A stretch of 64,000 nucleotides of DNA from Flavobacteriales bacterium (GTDB lineage Bacteria > Bacteroidota > Bacteroidia > Palsa-965), in NCBI GenBank assembly GCA_040377305.1, contig JBEIPA010000012.1:100339-164338 (forward strand), read 5' to 3'. Shown piece by piece: positions 39,513 through 49,280 of this stretch. Numbering within the stretch: position 1 is the first letter of the stretch; each line of letters opens with the position of its first letter. Below the pieces are notes generated by a model that was not told the DNA's origin, did not search any database, and saw nothing but the letters and a program-made list of their open reading frames with translations. The position numbers and the translations under genes are program-made.

Positions 39513-41111
39513 ATGATGAGTATCTCCATTAACGGGGAATCCATCAGTGTTCCGGATTTCTCGGGGGAGGAAATTGCAGTTCTGAAAAAGTACTTCGAGT
39601 ACAACAAGCGCTATCAGGAAGAACTTCAGCTTGAGTTTCAGACGAAGCTAAAAGACCACCCCGTTTTCGGACCAATGATGGCTTCGATGACGCCCGAAAT
39701 GCAGCAGGCACAGCAAGCACGCTCGCTGGAATTACAACGCGCTGCTATTTACGATGGTAAGTGGGAAGACTACGCTACGGATCTGCTCGCGCAAGGTCGT
39801 ATGTATGCGCGGATGAACATTAAGTACACCGACTGGTACGAGCTGATCAAAATGGCGAAAGTCGCGATCGTACCATTGATCAAACGGGATTTCGTTAACG
39901 ACACATTAGAAGCGATTGATTTCTACGATGGTTTGTGCAAGTTCACCGACTATGCGATGTATGGAATTGCGGAAGCGTATTTCCAGGAGAAGAACCAGAT
40001 GATCCGTGATGGTGAAGAGCGCTATCGCATCATTTTTGAAAACTCAAAAGATCACATTCTTTTGCTCGATGCGAAGGGTGTAATTATTACAGTCAATCAT
40101 ACCGCACATCACTATTCAATTAACGCTTTAGTCGGGCGTGCAATTACGGACTTTCATGGAGCAGATAATAAGGAGGCGGTACAAAAAGCTCTTGATTTCG
40201 TTCACGATCGTAAAACAAGCGACATTTTTGAATCTGCAGTAGAAACAAACGATGGCGTTGTTTTCTACAGAAGCACGCTGAGTCCGGTGCTCGACGCGCA
40301 GGGAAATCTCCAAAACATCGTGATGATTTCGCGTGATGTTACTGAACTCAAAATGACGGAGCTTGAATTGTACAATCTCAACCTTACGCTTGAGAAAAAA
40401 GTAGCTCTGCGTACGGAAGAACTCGCTGCAATCAACAAGGAATTGGAATCCTTTACCTATTCTGTATCGCACGATTTGAGAAGTCCCCTACGAGCAATTA
40501 ACGGATTTTCGGAAATTCTTAAACGCGAACTCGGCACGGACCTGACAGCAGACACAGCCGATTGTCTTCAGGAAATTCTTATGAATACTAAGAAGATGGG
40601 TCAACTCATCGATAATCTTCTGGAGTTTTCCCGACTCGGTAAGCGACCAATGCAGAAGGCGCGTATCGATATGAATGAATTATTTAATACCGTTGTCGAT
40701 GATTGCCGCAAATCTAATCCGCATGCAACGTTTCACATCAAGGAAATTGCAGAAACAACAGGAGATCGCGATATGCTGAAGCAAGTGGTGATCAATATTG
40801 TGTCGAATGCGGTAAAGTATTCCTCCAAAAATCCAAAGCCACGCATAGAAATTGGTAGTGAACAGAAAAACGGAAGCACGATTTATTACGTAAATGATAA
40901 CGGAGCCGGATTTAATATGCGTTATTACGATAAGTTATTCGGCGTTTTTCAGCGACTACACGGAGCTGACGAGTTTGAAGGAATAGGTGTAGGACTTGCA
41001 ATCGTTCAACGAGTTGTGTCTAAACATGCGGGAAAAGTTTGGGCCGAAGCAGAGGAAAATAATGGAGCAACATTCTATTTCTCATTACCCGATGAGGAAG
41101 TAACTGTATAG
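39513..41111 (+). CDS. Cytoplasmic PAS-domain sensor histidine kinase
   Basis: H-box SHDLRSPLRAINGFSEIL. HATPase N-, G1- and G2-boxes are present. No TM segment. The ORF-track start is a TTG 36 nt upstream. Confidence 0.85.
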   Translation: MMSISINGESISVPDFSGEEIAVLKKYFEYNKRYQEELQLEFQTKLKDHPVFGPMMASMTPEMQQAQQARSLELQRAAIYDGKWEDYATDLLAQGRMYARMNIKYTDWYELIKMAKVAIVPLIKRDFVNDTLEAIDFYDGLCKFTDYAMYGIAEAYFQEKNQMIRDGEERYRIIFENSKDHILLLDAKGVIITVNHTAHHYSINALVGRAITDFHGADNKEAVQKALDFVHDRKTSDIFESAVETNDGVVFYRSTLSPVLDAQGNLQNIVMISRDVTELKMTELELYNLNLTLEKKVALRTEELAAINKELESFTYSVSHDLRSPLRAINGFSEILKRELGTDLTADTADCLQEILMNTKKMGQLIDNLLEFSRLGKRPMQKARIDMNELFNTVVDDCRKSNPHATFHIKEIAETTGDRDMLKQVVINIVSNAVKYSSKNPKPRIEIGSEQKNGSTIYYVNDNGAGFNMRYYDKLFGVFQRLHGADEFEGIGVGLAIVQRVVSKHAGKVWAEAEENNGATFYFSLPDEEVTV

Positions 41112-41114
41112 CCT

Positions 41115-41555
41115 ATGAACCAAGCTGTAGAAATATTACTGGTAGAAGATAATCCATCGGACGCGAAACTGACTATTCGTGCATTACAAAAGAATAATCT
41201 CTGTAACAACGTAATACATGTAAGTGATGGAGCGGAAGCACTCGACTTCATATTCGCTCGTGGTAAGTTTAATGACCGATCGGTCGAGAACAAACCGAAA
41301 ATTGTTTTACTCGATCTCAAAATGCCAAAGGTCGATGGACTTGAAGTTCTGAAAGCCATAAAAGCGGATGAGCGCACAAAAAATATTCCGGTGATCGTAA
41401 TGACATCTTCCAAAGAAGATAGCGATATCAATCAGGCTTATTCTTACGGTGTAAACAGTTACGTTGTAAAGCCGGTTGGATTCGAAAATTTCTCGAAAGC
41501 CGTAGTCGAACTTGGAATGTACTGGATGCTTGTAAATCAGGAACCGAAACAGTAA
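41115..41555 (+). CDS. Single-domain response regulator (CheY/Rcp1-like receiver).
   Basis: [10 protein letters not shown], phospho-acceptor context VLLDLKMP, and the conserved Thr/Lys region. Confidence 0.85.
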   Translation: MNQAVEILLVEDNPSDAKLTIRALQKNNLCNNVIHVSDGAEALDFIFARGKFNDRSVENKPKIVLLDLKMPKVDGLEVLKAIKADERTKNIPVIVMTSSKEDSDINQAYSYGVNSYVVKPVGFENFSKAVVELGMYWMLVNQEPKQ

Positions 41556-43022
41556 ATGGTGCAACTGCAGGACAAATTGAAAATTTTAATGTTGGAGGAT
41601 TCTCCCTCTGATGCGCGGTTGATTCAGCACGCGATGAAACACGATGGACTGGAGTTTGAAGCGAAGCTGGTCGACAACAGAGACGCATTTATTTCTGCGC
41701 TGAGGGAATTTCGCCCGCAACTGGTTTTAAGCGATCACAGTTTACCTAGTTTTACATCAACAGAGGCTTTGGAGATTTCCAAGCGACTGACCCCGGAAAC
41801 CCCTTTCATTCTGGTAACAGGAACAGTTTCGGAAGAATTTGCTGTTGAGGTGATAAAAGCAGGGGCTGCTGATTACGTACTCAAGCATAATTTATCCCGA
41901 CTTACTGTTTCCATCCTGTCGGCAATCAGTCAGCAGCACGATCGTGTGAGACTGAAAGAAAGTGAAGAGCAATTCCAGTATACCATCGATGGAATGATTG
42001 AAGGCGTGCAGATTGTCGGTTTCGATTACCGCTATTTGTACGTCAACAATATTGTGGCGCTTCAGGCTAAACGGCGCAAGGACGAACTGATTGGTCGCAC
42101 CATGATGGAAATGTTTCCGGGGATTGACCAAACTGAAATGTTCAGGCAGTTGCGTTACTCCATGGTTGAACGTGCGTACGTGGAGATGGAAAATGAATTC
42201 AATTTTCCGGATGGCAGTAAAGCCTGGTTCAAACTAACCATGCAACCCGCTCCTCAGGGTGTTCTGATTCTTTCCCGCGACGTTTCTGATCAGAAAAAAT
42301 TCATCACGTTGCTGGAGAACCAAAACCATCGCATCAAAAAAATGAATTCTGTTCTTGATCGGTTTCTGTACAGTGTATCGCATGAGTTTCGCACACCGAT
42401 CTGCAACGGATTGGGTCTGATCAATCTTGCACGCGCAACCAACACCGAAAGCGACAAGCAGGATATTCTCAATAAACTGGAATTCACCATCCGCAATCTC
42501 GATGATATGCTGCAGAATATTGGCGTGTTCTCAGATATATCCCGACTGGAACTCAGCAGCAAGGAAACAGATATACAGGAGGTCTTTCATGAATGTACGG
42601 AGCAGGCTAAGATTCAGGGAGGGACGCACGAAGTTGAAGTTACCTTAGATGTAAACCAGAATGCGCCGCTGATTTGCGACCGCACACGACTCTTTGTCAT
42701 CCTACGAAATCTAGTGTCAAACTCAATAAAGTTCCGAGATCTACGGAAGCAACATCAGTATGTAACAGTAACCGTAACGGTAGATCAGGTGAACGTCAAG
42801 ATTGAGGTCAAAGACAACGGACGCGGAATCAAAGAAGAATACCTCGACAAAATCTTCGACGTGTTTTACAAAGTAAACAGCACCAGCGAAGGTAGCGGAC
42901 TAGGGCTTTTCATGGTTCGTGAAATCGCAGAAGCTATGGGAGGGAAGTTTACCGTGGAGTCGCGCTACGAATCTGGAACGATTTTTCGGATTGAGTTTCC
43001 GAATGGGAAGGTGAATCGTTAG
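41556..43022 (+). CDS. Hybrid protein: receiver domain, PAS domain and histidine kinase.
   Basis: N-terminal receiver ILMLEDSPSD...VLSDHSLP. PAS region. H-box SHEFRTPI. C-terminal HATPase with GSGLGLF. Confidence 0.85.
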   Translation: MVQLQDKLKILMLEDSPSDARLIQHAMKHDGLEFEAKLVDNRDAFISALREFRPQLVLSDHSLPSFTSTEALEISKRLTPETPFILVTGTVSEEFAVEVIKAGAADYVLKHNLSRLTVSILSAISQQHDRVRLKESEEQFQYTIDGMIEGVQIVGFDYRYLYVNNIVALQAKRRKDELIGRTMMEMFPGIDQTEMFRQLRYSMVERAYVEMENEFNFPDGSKAWFKLTMQPAPQGVLILSRDVSDQKKFITLLENQNHRIKKMNSVLDRFLYSVSHEFRTPICNGLGLINLARATNTESDKQDILNKLEFTIRNLDDMLQNIGVFSDISRLELSSKETDIQEVFHECTEQAKIQGGTHEVEVTLDVNQNAPLICDRTRLFVILRNLVSNSIKFRDLRKQHQYVTVTVTVDQVNVKIEVKDNGRGIKEEYLDKIFDVFYKVNSTSEGSGLGLFMVREIAEAMGGKFTVESRYESGTIFRIEFPNGKVNR

Positions 43023-43149
43023 AGATCAATTCGGCGCCCGTTTTCATTCTCGCTTGTTGGCGCAAAGCATCGCTTTTCCTCCCGATTAGACATGTTCTGA
43101 TTCGTGCTAGGTTGACTTTGCTATATTTGAATTCACCTTAATTCACACG

Positions 43150-44133
43150 ATGATGAAACTTACCCAAATTGTCTTCTTCCTGATATTTACCTGTGGAGTT
43201 TTACATGCTCAGGTTGACAAGGACAGCTGCAAAGATCATTCGTTGATTACACGTTATCCCGGTGCAGTTATAGAGTATTGTGATCTGCAGGTTTACAAAG
43301 AGTATCGGATTGCCACAGGAGCAGAAACGGGTTACAAGAAGATTGATGATTGGACTAATACTGCCGGAAAATCTACACGTATTTATTATTCCATTAAAGG
43401 AGATAGAACGGTTTCCGAGGTGTATAAGAATTATCTCGACGCTTTGGCGAAGGGTGGATTCACACTGATGGCGAACAGACTTCATTCCGACAGAAATGTT
43501 TCCAGTGAAGTTGGTGGTGCAACATGGCTCTCTACATTTTACAGTGCGAATCCATTTCCCACGAATGTTGGAATTCGTATCAACCAAGGTTCGGGTACAT
43601 CTGGTGGTACATTCTACATTGCCGGGAATCTAAATTCTCCGAATGGCAAAGTATATGTTGTTGTATCCGGCAAACAGTATACCGACAAAGAGGTCGTGGT
43701 ACTTCTGGATGTGATTGAAGAAGGAAATGCAGAGACCGATCTTATTAAGGTTGACGCAGAATACATGACAAAACAGTTGAATGAAACCGGGAGGGTGGCC
43801 TTGCAAGGCATTCAGTTTGACTTCAACGCGGCTACCATTAAACCGGAGTCAGAGCCATTGCTGGATGAGATAGCGAAAGTGATGAAGGCTAATCCGACGT
43901 TTAAAATTTATGTGGTTGGGCACACTGACATGAAAGGCGATCTGAAGTATAACATGGATCTTTCGGCACAACGCGCTGCCGCCGTGGTCAAATATCTCGT
44001 TGATAAACACAAGATTGATCCGCTGCGTTTGTCAGCCCAAGGTGTGGGACCACTTTCTCCGGTTGCAACGAACGAAACAGAAGAAGGCCGTACTAAAAAC
44101 AGACGGGTAGAGTTGGTCTTGATTTCAAAATAA
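43150..44133 (+). CDS. OmpA family protein, with a secreted N-terminal domain plus a C-terminal OmpA-like peptidoglycan-binding domain.
   Basis: Signal peptide. The C-terminus reads FDFNAATIKPES...VVGHTDMKGDLKYNMDLSAQRAAAV...RTKNRRVELV. Confidence 0.8.
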   Translation: MMKLTQIVFFLIFTCGVLHAQVDKDSCKDHSLITRYPGAVIEYCDLQVYKEYRIATGAETGYKKIDDWTNTAGKSTRIYYSIKGDRTVSEVYKNYLDALAKGGFTLMANRLHSDRNVSSEVGGATWLSTFYSANPFPTNVGIRINQGSGTSGGTFYIAGNLNSPNGKVYVVVSGKQYTDKEVVVLLDVIEEGNAETDLIKVDAEYMTKQLNETGRVALQGIQFDFNAATIKPESEPLLDEIAKVMKANPTFKIYVVGHTDMKGDLKYNMDLSAQRAAAVVKYLVDKHKIDPLRLSAQGVGPLSPVATNETEEGRTKNRRVELVLISK

Positions 44134-44330
44134 TTATTTGTGCTACACGTTTTCGGGGCAACCTCCGGTCTCCACACATTTCTGTGAAAGCCGAAGCTAG
44201 CATGGATTTAGCATCAGAACTACCCAGTTATTTGCTCAATTTGACCAGCTATCTAGCGACTGACAACGGTCAGTAATGGTACGCAAACGATTTCGTATCT
44301 TTATGACTCACGATTCCGCTAAATCTGTCA

Positions 44331-45143
44331 ATGAAAACCACTTTTCGCTTCGCCGTCCTTGCTGCGATTATCGCAAGCTTCACTTTTGGGTGTAAACCTG
44401 ATCCAGTTGATCCGGAACCAACGCCAGTAAATCCAACGAACCCGAATAGTCCGAACATTCCTACGGGAAATGCAATCGGGATTTCATTCGAAAATTTTGT
44501 GGGCTCTGATGTGATGCTGACTGATGACGTTGTGCGTTACCAAAACCTGAATGGCGATTCATTCAGCGTTGAAACATTCAAATACTACGTCAGCAATATT
44601 TCATTCACAGATAATCTGGGTAACACCTGGTACGAAAATGAAAGCTACCATCTGATCAATGCAGAGGATACGGCTTCACTCGTCATTTACATCGACAGCA
44701 TGCCTGCAGGAACATACACATCCATGAACTTCATGATTGGTGTCGACAGTGCACGCAATGTTTCAGGTGCGCAGGTTGGGGCACTCGATCCGGCGAATGG
44801 AATGTTCTGGACCTGGAATTCGGGTTACATCATGGCGATGTATGAAGGACATTCTCCAAGCTCAACTGCTTCATTCGGATTGATGATTTTTCACGTGGCT
44901 GGATTCACTGGTCAGTATGCCGGTCAACGTTGGGTTGCACCTTCATTCGGTGCAAACACTGCAACTGTAGATGCGAGCAACGTTCCGCTCATTCACATGA
45001 AAGCAGATCTCAACGAATGGTTCCAAAGTCCAAGTGTTGTAGATTTCTCTTCAATGAATGTTGAGAACGTGGCTGGTCCCGCAACTGCAATGCTCGCCGA
45101 CAACTTTGCCGATATGTTCACGGTGCTCGGAATCGACAACTAA
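44331..45143 (+). CDS. Periplasmic lipoprotein, possibly an MbnP-like metal-binding partner of the downstream di-heme enzyme.
   Basis: Lipobox FTFGCKPDP. ~270 aa. Its stop overlaps the start of the di-heme peroxidase gene. The family assignment is by context only. Confidence 0.4.
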   Translation: MKTTFRFAVLAAIIASFTFGCKPDPVDPEPTPVNPTNPNSPNIPTGNAIGISFENFVGSDVMLTDDVVRYQNLNGDSFSVETFKYYVSNISFTDNLGNTWYENESYHLINAEDTASLVIYIDSMPAGTYTSMNFMIGVDSARNVSGAQVGALDPANGMFWTWNSGYIMAMYEGHSPSSTASFGLMIFHVAGFTGQYAGQRWVAPSFGANTATVDASNVPLIHMKADLNEWFQSPSVVDFSSMNVENVAGPATAMLADNFADMFTVLGIDN

Positions 45144-46195
45144 TGAAGCGACTTGGAATCATAGCAGCGATTTGTGCTTTGCCGGTGATGATTGTTATGT
45201 TCATCGGTAGCTGTACAACTGATCCTGAAATTCCGGATACGCTGGATGAGGAAGACGTAAAGTTTCGCATCCCGCAAGGATTTCCAACTCCGAATTACGA
45301 CTTCGCGCTGAATCCAATCACACTCGATGGATTCAAACTCGGACGAAAACTTTTTTACGATCCAAAGCTTTCACGCGACAATACGATCTCTTGCGGATTC
45401 TGTCACCAACAATCTGGCGCATTTGCGCACATCAATCACCAGGTTAGTCATGGCATTGATGGATTGCTCGGCACACGCAACGCTCCGGGCTTATGGAATC
45501 TCGCCTGGAACGACAAGTTCATGTGGGATGGTGGAATTCCTCATCTTGAATTGCAGCCACTCGGACCTATTGACAATCCGGTTGAAATGGATCAGGATCT
45601 TGCGGCTTTGCTTTTAGAATTAGCTGCTGATCCGGAATATCCTGCATTATTTGAAGCAGCATTTGGTACGGACACGATCACCACGCAACGAATGACAAAA
45701 GCCATCACGCAGTTTCAGGGTCTGATGATTTCCGACAACAGCAAATACGATCAGGTTCAACGCGGAGAAGCAACATTCACACAACAAGAATCGTATGGAC
45801 TGGCAACGTTTCGTAGCAAGTGTGCGTCTTGTCATACAGAACCCTTGTTCACCGATCGTTCGTTCCACAACAACGGTTTAAGACCGGAACCCACGATTAT
45901 GGATGCAGGACGAATGATGATCACAGCAGATCCGAGCGATTCTATGAAATTCAAAACACCATCGTTACGAAACATTGCAATCACGGCACCGTATATGCAT
46001 GATGGAAGGTATGAGACGCTAATGGAGTGCATGAATCATTACAGCGGAGGAAATTTATACCAGAGCGCAACATTGGATCCGGCTTTGAGCGCAGGAATTC
46101 CATTGACAGCTCAGGAGAAATCAGATTTGATTGCGTTTCTAGGCACTTTGACAGATTACACGTTTATTAGTGATCCGAAATTTGCCGAACAGTAA
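45143..46195 (+). CDS. Di-heme cytochrome c peroxidase family protein (CCP/MauG/MbnH-like).
   Basis: Two CxxCH heme motifs, CGFCH and CASCH. Signal peptide. ~350 aa. Confidence 0.8.
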   Translation: MKRLGIIAAICALPVMIVMFIGSCTTDPEIPDTLDEEDVKFRIPQGFPTPNYDFALNPITLDGFKLGRKLFYDPKLSRDNTISCGFCHQQSGAFAHINHQVSHGIDGLLGTRNAPGLWNLAWNDKFMWDGGIPHLELQPLGPIDNPVEMDQDLAALLLELAADPEYPALFEAAFGTDTITTQRMTKAITQFQGLMISDNSKYDQVQRGEATFTQQESYGLATFRSKCASCHTEPLFTDRSFHNNGLRPEPTIMDAGRMMITADPSDSMKFKTPSLRNIAITAPYMHDGRYETLMECMNHYSGGNLYQSATLDPALSAGIPLTAQEKSDLIAFLGTLTDYTFISDPKFAEQ

Positions 46196-46233
46196 ATCAG
46201 TCGGCAGTCAAGCAGTCTGGCAGTCGGCAGTCA

Positions 46234-46668
46234 ATGGAAATTTCGATAGCTAAGAGAAGCATGAAAAATTCAGTGGTCATTTTCTTTGTTCTCATTCTCA
46301 CTTTGGGAATGACTTCGTGTGAAAAAGATCCTGAAACAGTGCCTGAAGGAACGGTGCGACTTTTCATCAATGTCAATCACCATGGTTTACCAATTGCGAA
46401 TGCACGTGTGTTCCGCAAAGAAGGCGCAACAACCTGGCCTGGTACCGATACTACATTATACGATCAGGTTTATCAGGTAGACGCGAGCGGAAATCTAACG
46501 ATCGCTATTGGTAACGGCACGAAACAGTTTGTCTTGTATGCTGTTGGCGTCGATCCTTCCTGGGACTCAACAGGAACTACATTTGTACACGGCTACCAGT
46601 TTTACAACATTGTGACTGGAATCGGGGAGAGCAAGGATATTACTTCGGAGATTGGAGTTTCTGAGTAA
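46234..46668 (+). CDS. Hypothetical small lipoprotein
   Basis: Signal plus lipobox MTSCEKDP. 144 aa. A solo copy of the gcaaagg repeat lies immediately downstream. Confidence 0.4.
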   Translation: MEISIAKRSMKNSVVIFFVLILTLGMTSCEKDPETVPEGTVRLFINVNHHGLPIANARVFRKEGATTWPGTDTTLYDQVYQVDASGNLTIAIGNGTKQFVLYAVGVDPSWDSTGTTFVHGYQFYNIVTGIGESKDITSEIGVSE

Positions 46669-46786
46669 TCTTTGCGTTGCCTTTGCGTCTCTGCGCCTTT
46701 GCGGTTGAAAAGAAGAACGCCGATTTTCGTTATGCAGCTAGCACCTAACACAATCTGCATATCGGCACATTATTTCCGGGTATTGT

Positions 46787-47491
46787 TCATGGAAAAATTA
46801 TGATTCTCGTCTGCACTCCAATCCGATCATAAACATCTTCCACATCCACATTCTGCATCGATATACATCCCCATGTAATATCCTGTTCATCATCTCCCGG
46901 CCACGTTCCATACCAGCCGTGAATGCCGATTCCTCCACCGAGATCGGTTGTCTTTAGCGGCATCAAACCTTTCTTATTCGCAGCTACAATCTGGTCGTAC
47001 TGACTTTTCGTGATGAGTTCTTTCTCAAGTCCGGCTTTCGCATCTGCATTGTTCGGATAGTTCAGGCGCATCCAACGATTTCCTAAGTAAGGATTCGCGC
47101 CAGTGAACGGTCCGACTGTTTTCTCAATGATGCGGTAATCGCCTTCCGGAGTTCGGTTGTCGCCTTGCTGCTGTTTGTGACCGATGGGTTCCTGTCCAAG
47201 TCCGATGATGTACGTTTTCTGCAACACGCCTTTGTAGTACAACTGCATTCTGTATTTGCTTTTGTAAGCGATGAGCAGCGTGTCTTCCTTCTTCAGTGAA
47301 TCGGGTAGGGCAGGAAGGACTTTCTCCGTACTTGCATACGTTCCGGCAACAGTTCCTTCAACGTAGCTCAGTGATTTTGCAGGAAAGCTTCGGATGTACG
47401 TTTGCGCTCCTGATGGCAAAAACGGGAATACCACCAGAAAAAGGATGGTGATTACCACAAAGGCTACGAGGACTTTCTTCCAGCGTTTCAT
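46787..47491 (-). CDS. L,D-transpeptidase family protein (YkuD domain).
   Basis: N-terminal TM. The catalytic His/Cys context is GIHGWYG...GCISM. Confidence 0.75.
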   Translation of the reverse strand: MKRWKKVLVAFVVITILFLVVFPFLPSGAQTYIRSFPAKSLSYVEGTVAGTYASTEKVLPALPDSLKKEDTLLIAYKSKYRMQLYYKGVLQKTYIIGLGQEPIGHKQQQGDNRTPEGDYRIIEKTVGPFTGANPYLGNRWMRLNYPNNADAKAGLEKELITKSQYDQIVAANKKGLMPLKTTDLGGGIGIHGWYGTWPGDDEQDITWGCISMQNVDVEDVYDRIGVQTRIIIFP

Positions 47492-47579
47492 AGAATGAAA
47501 ATACTCTGGTCACACTGTACTATTGCTGGCTCCGAATAACTGTCTGGAATCCGTGAAGAAGTGTTCTGTTCTTCGGTTT

Positions 47580-47752
47580 GTCTGCGACGCTTTACACGGC
47601 GGCACAGCGAAACGGAGAGGCATTACGAATTCTAAGCCCACGCGTAACGGCTTCAGACGATCGCAATAGCGATCCTCTGTTTCTCGTGGGTTAAGAATAG
47701 AAAACAATTGGCTCCGTAGCGCTGTGTCGCCGTGTAAAGCCAGCGCAGCGAG
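47580..47752. repeat. GC-rich nested palindromic element of ~170 bp. It lies in the ldt 5' region and the FAH 3' region.
   Basis: The outer arms are gacgctttacacggcggcacagcg and cgctgtgtcgccgtgtaaagc. Three helices are nested inside: acggag/ctccgt, cccacg/cgtggg, and gatcgcaatagcgatc. Confidence 0.55.
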
Positions 47753-47753
47753 T

Positions 47754-48365
47754 CTATTTGATCAGAAAGTCGAAATGCTTCCTGCCTTCCATATATCCTT
47801 CAAGCCGGTCTCCAATCTTCACCGGACCAACCCCTGCTGGCGTACCGGTATAAATGAGATCGCCCATGCGTAAGGTCACAAACGTGGAGATGTATGATAC
47901 GAGCGCGTCGAACGTAAAAATCAGATCGCGTGTATTGCCTTGCTGAACGGTTTTTCCATTCAGATCAAGATGAAAGTCGATTGCATTCCTGTCTTTCAGC
48001 GAATCAACAGAAACGAATTCGCCAATAGGTGCAGAGTTGTCGAATGCTTTTGCTTTTTCCCAGGGCAAACCTTTTTTCTTACACTCGGCTTGAATATCGC
48101 GTGCCGTGAAATCAATTCCCAAGCCGATTTCATTGTAGTATCGGCTTGCAAACTGCGGCTCGATGTGTTTCCCTACTTTACAAATCTTCAGCACAACTTC
48201 AATTTCATGGTGCAGATCTTTGGTAAATGGAGGATAGAAGAAAGGTGCATTCTCTTTCAGCAACGCAGTATCCGGCTTCATGAAGATCACGGGTTCTTCC
48301 GGCACCGGAGAGTTCATCTCTTTTGCGTGTTCGCTGTAATTGCGGCCTATGCAGATAATTTTCAT
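47754..48365 (-). CDS. Fumarylacetoacetate hydrolase (FAH) family protein
   Basis: The internal ATG gives MKIICIGRNYSEHAKEMNSPVPEEPVIFMKP, a typical FAH/2-keto-4-pentenoate hydratase-like start. Confidence 0.75.
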   Translation of the reverse strand: MKIICIGRNYSEHAKEMNSPVPEEPVIFMKPDTALLKENAPFFYPPFTKDLHHEIEVVLKICKVGKHIEPQFASRYYNEIGLGIDFTARDIQAECKKKGLPWEKAKAFDNSAPIGEFVSVDSLKDRNAIDFHLDLNGKTVQQGNTRDLIFTFDALVSYISTFVTLRMGDLIYTGTPAGVGPVKIGDRLEGYMEGRKHFDFLIK

Positions 48366-48397
48366 CGAAACTTTTTTTAATCGCTTTGCGATTGCTT

Positions 48398-48493
48398 CAC
48401 CACGGCGGCACGGCGAGCACGGCAATTTATTTTTTGTGCGTCCTATATAATCCAAAAAAAAAACTTGCGCCGTGCTCGCCGTGACGCCGTGGT
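48398..48493. repeat. GC-rich ~26-bp inverted repeat with a ~42-nt AT-rich spacer, related to the 47.6-kb element.
   Basis: caccacggcggcacggcgagcacggc ... gccgtgctcgccgtgacgccgtggt. Confidence 0.55.
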
Positions 48494-48507
48494 AGAGCAG
48501 GCTACAG

Positions 48508-49278
48508 TTACTTCTTGCGCATCTCGAGACGAATCTTCGTAATCACCTTCTTCGTGTAAAGCGGAAAATCTCCATCCATCATCCAGGAAAAATACGAAGG
48601 CTCTTTCTCGAACACTTCTGTAACTGCTTTGCCCGTGTGCTTTCCGAAATTAAACACCGGGATATTCTTGTCGTTATACACGATGCGACCCATAAGATCG
48701 ACATTGCGGGTGTGAGCGGAGAATTCTGAAAGGAAATTCACATCCTTCTTCAGATCATCGTAGCGTTGAACCTGTGCTTCGAGAATTTCGTACGTCGCAG
48801 TCGTATCTGCTTCGGCCGAATGGGCGTTCTCCAACGGTTTTCCGCAATAGAACTTGTACGCTGCAACGAGTGTACGCTGTTCCATTTTGTGAAAAATATT
48901 CTGCACGTCAATCAACTTACGATTCGACACATCGAATTCAATTTCCGCACGCAGAAATTCTTCGGCAAGCAACGGAAAGTCGAATTTGTTCGAATTATAT
49001 CCGGCGAGATCACATCCTTCCAGGAAAGCGTAGAGCATGGGTGCGGCCGTTTTGAAAGTAGGTGCGTCTTTCACATCTTCATCGGTGATGTGGTGAATTG
49101 CAGTGGTCTCTGCAGGAATAGGTCTTCCCGGATTGATCTTCATGCATTTTGAATCGCGATCTCCGTTCGGATGCAATTTCAGAATCGCGATTTCAATAAT
49201 ACGATCCGATGCAACGTTCACACCTGTTGTTTCAAGGTCGACGAATGCAAGCGGACGTGTAAGTTGTAGGTTGGTCAT
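48508..49278 (-). CDS. DEDDh 3'-5' exonuclease (DnaQ-like) with a C-terminal extension.
   Basis: Exo I motif FVDLETTG. The downstream motifs contain H and D residues in the expected positions. Confidence 0.75.
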   Translation of the reverse strand: MTNLQLTRPLAFVDLETTGVNVASDRIIEIAILKLHPNGDRDSKCMKINPGRPIPAETTAIHHITDEDVKDAPTFKTAAPMLYAFLEGCDLAGYNSNKFDFPLLAEEFLRAEIEFDVSNRKLIDVQNIFHKMEQRTLVAAYKFYCGKPLENAHSAEADTTATYEILEAQVQRYDDLKKDVNFLSEFSAHTRNVDLMGRIVYNDKNIPVFNFGKHTGKAVTEVFEKEPSYFSWMMDGDFPLYTKKVITKIRLEMRKK

Positions 49279-49280
49279 AA

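Noticed and set aside
47510-47707. 65-aa minus-strand ORF.
   Set aside because: It lies wholly within the nested palindromic element and has a low-complexity, Arg-rich translation with no features of a real protein.
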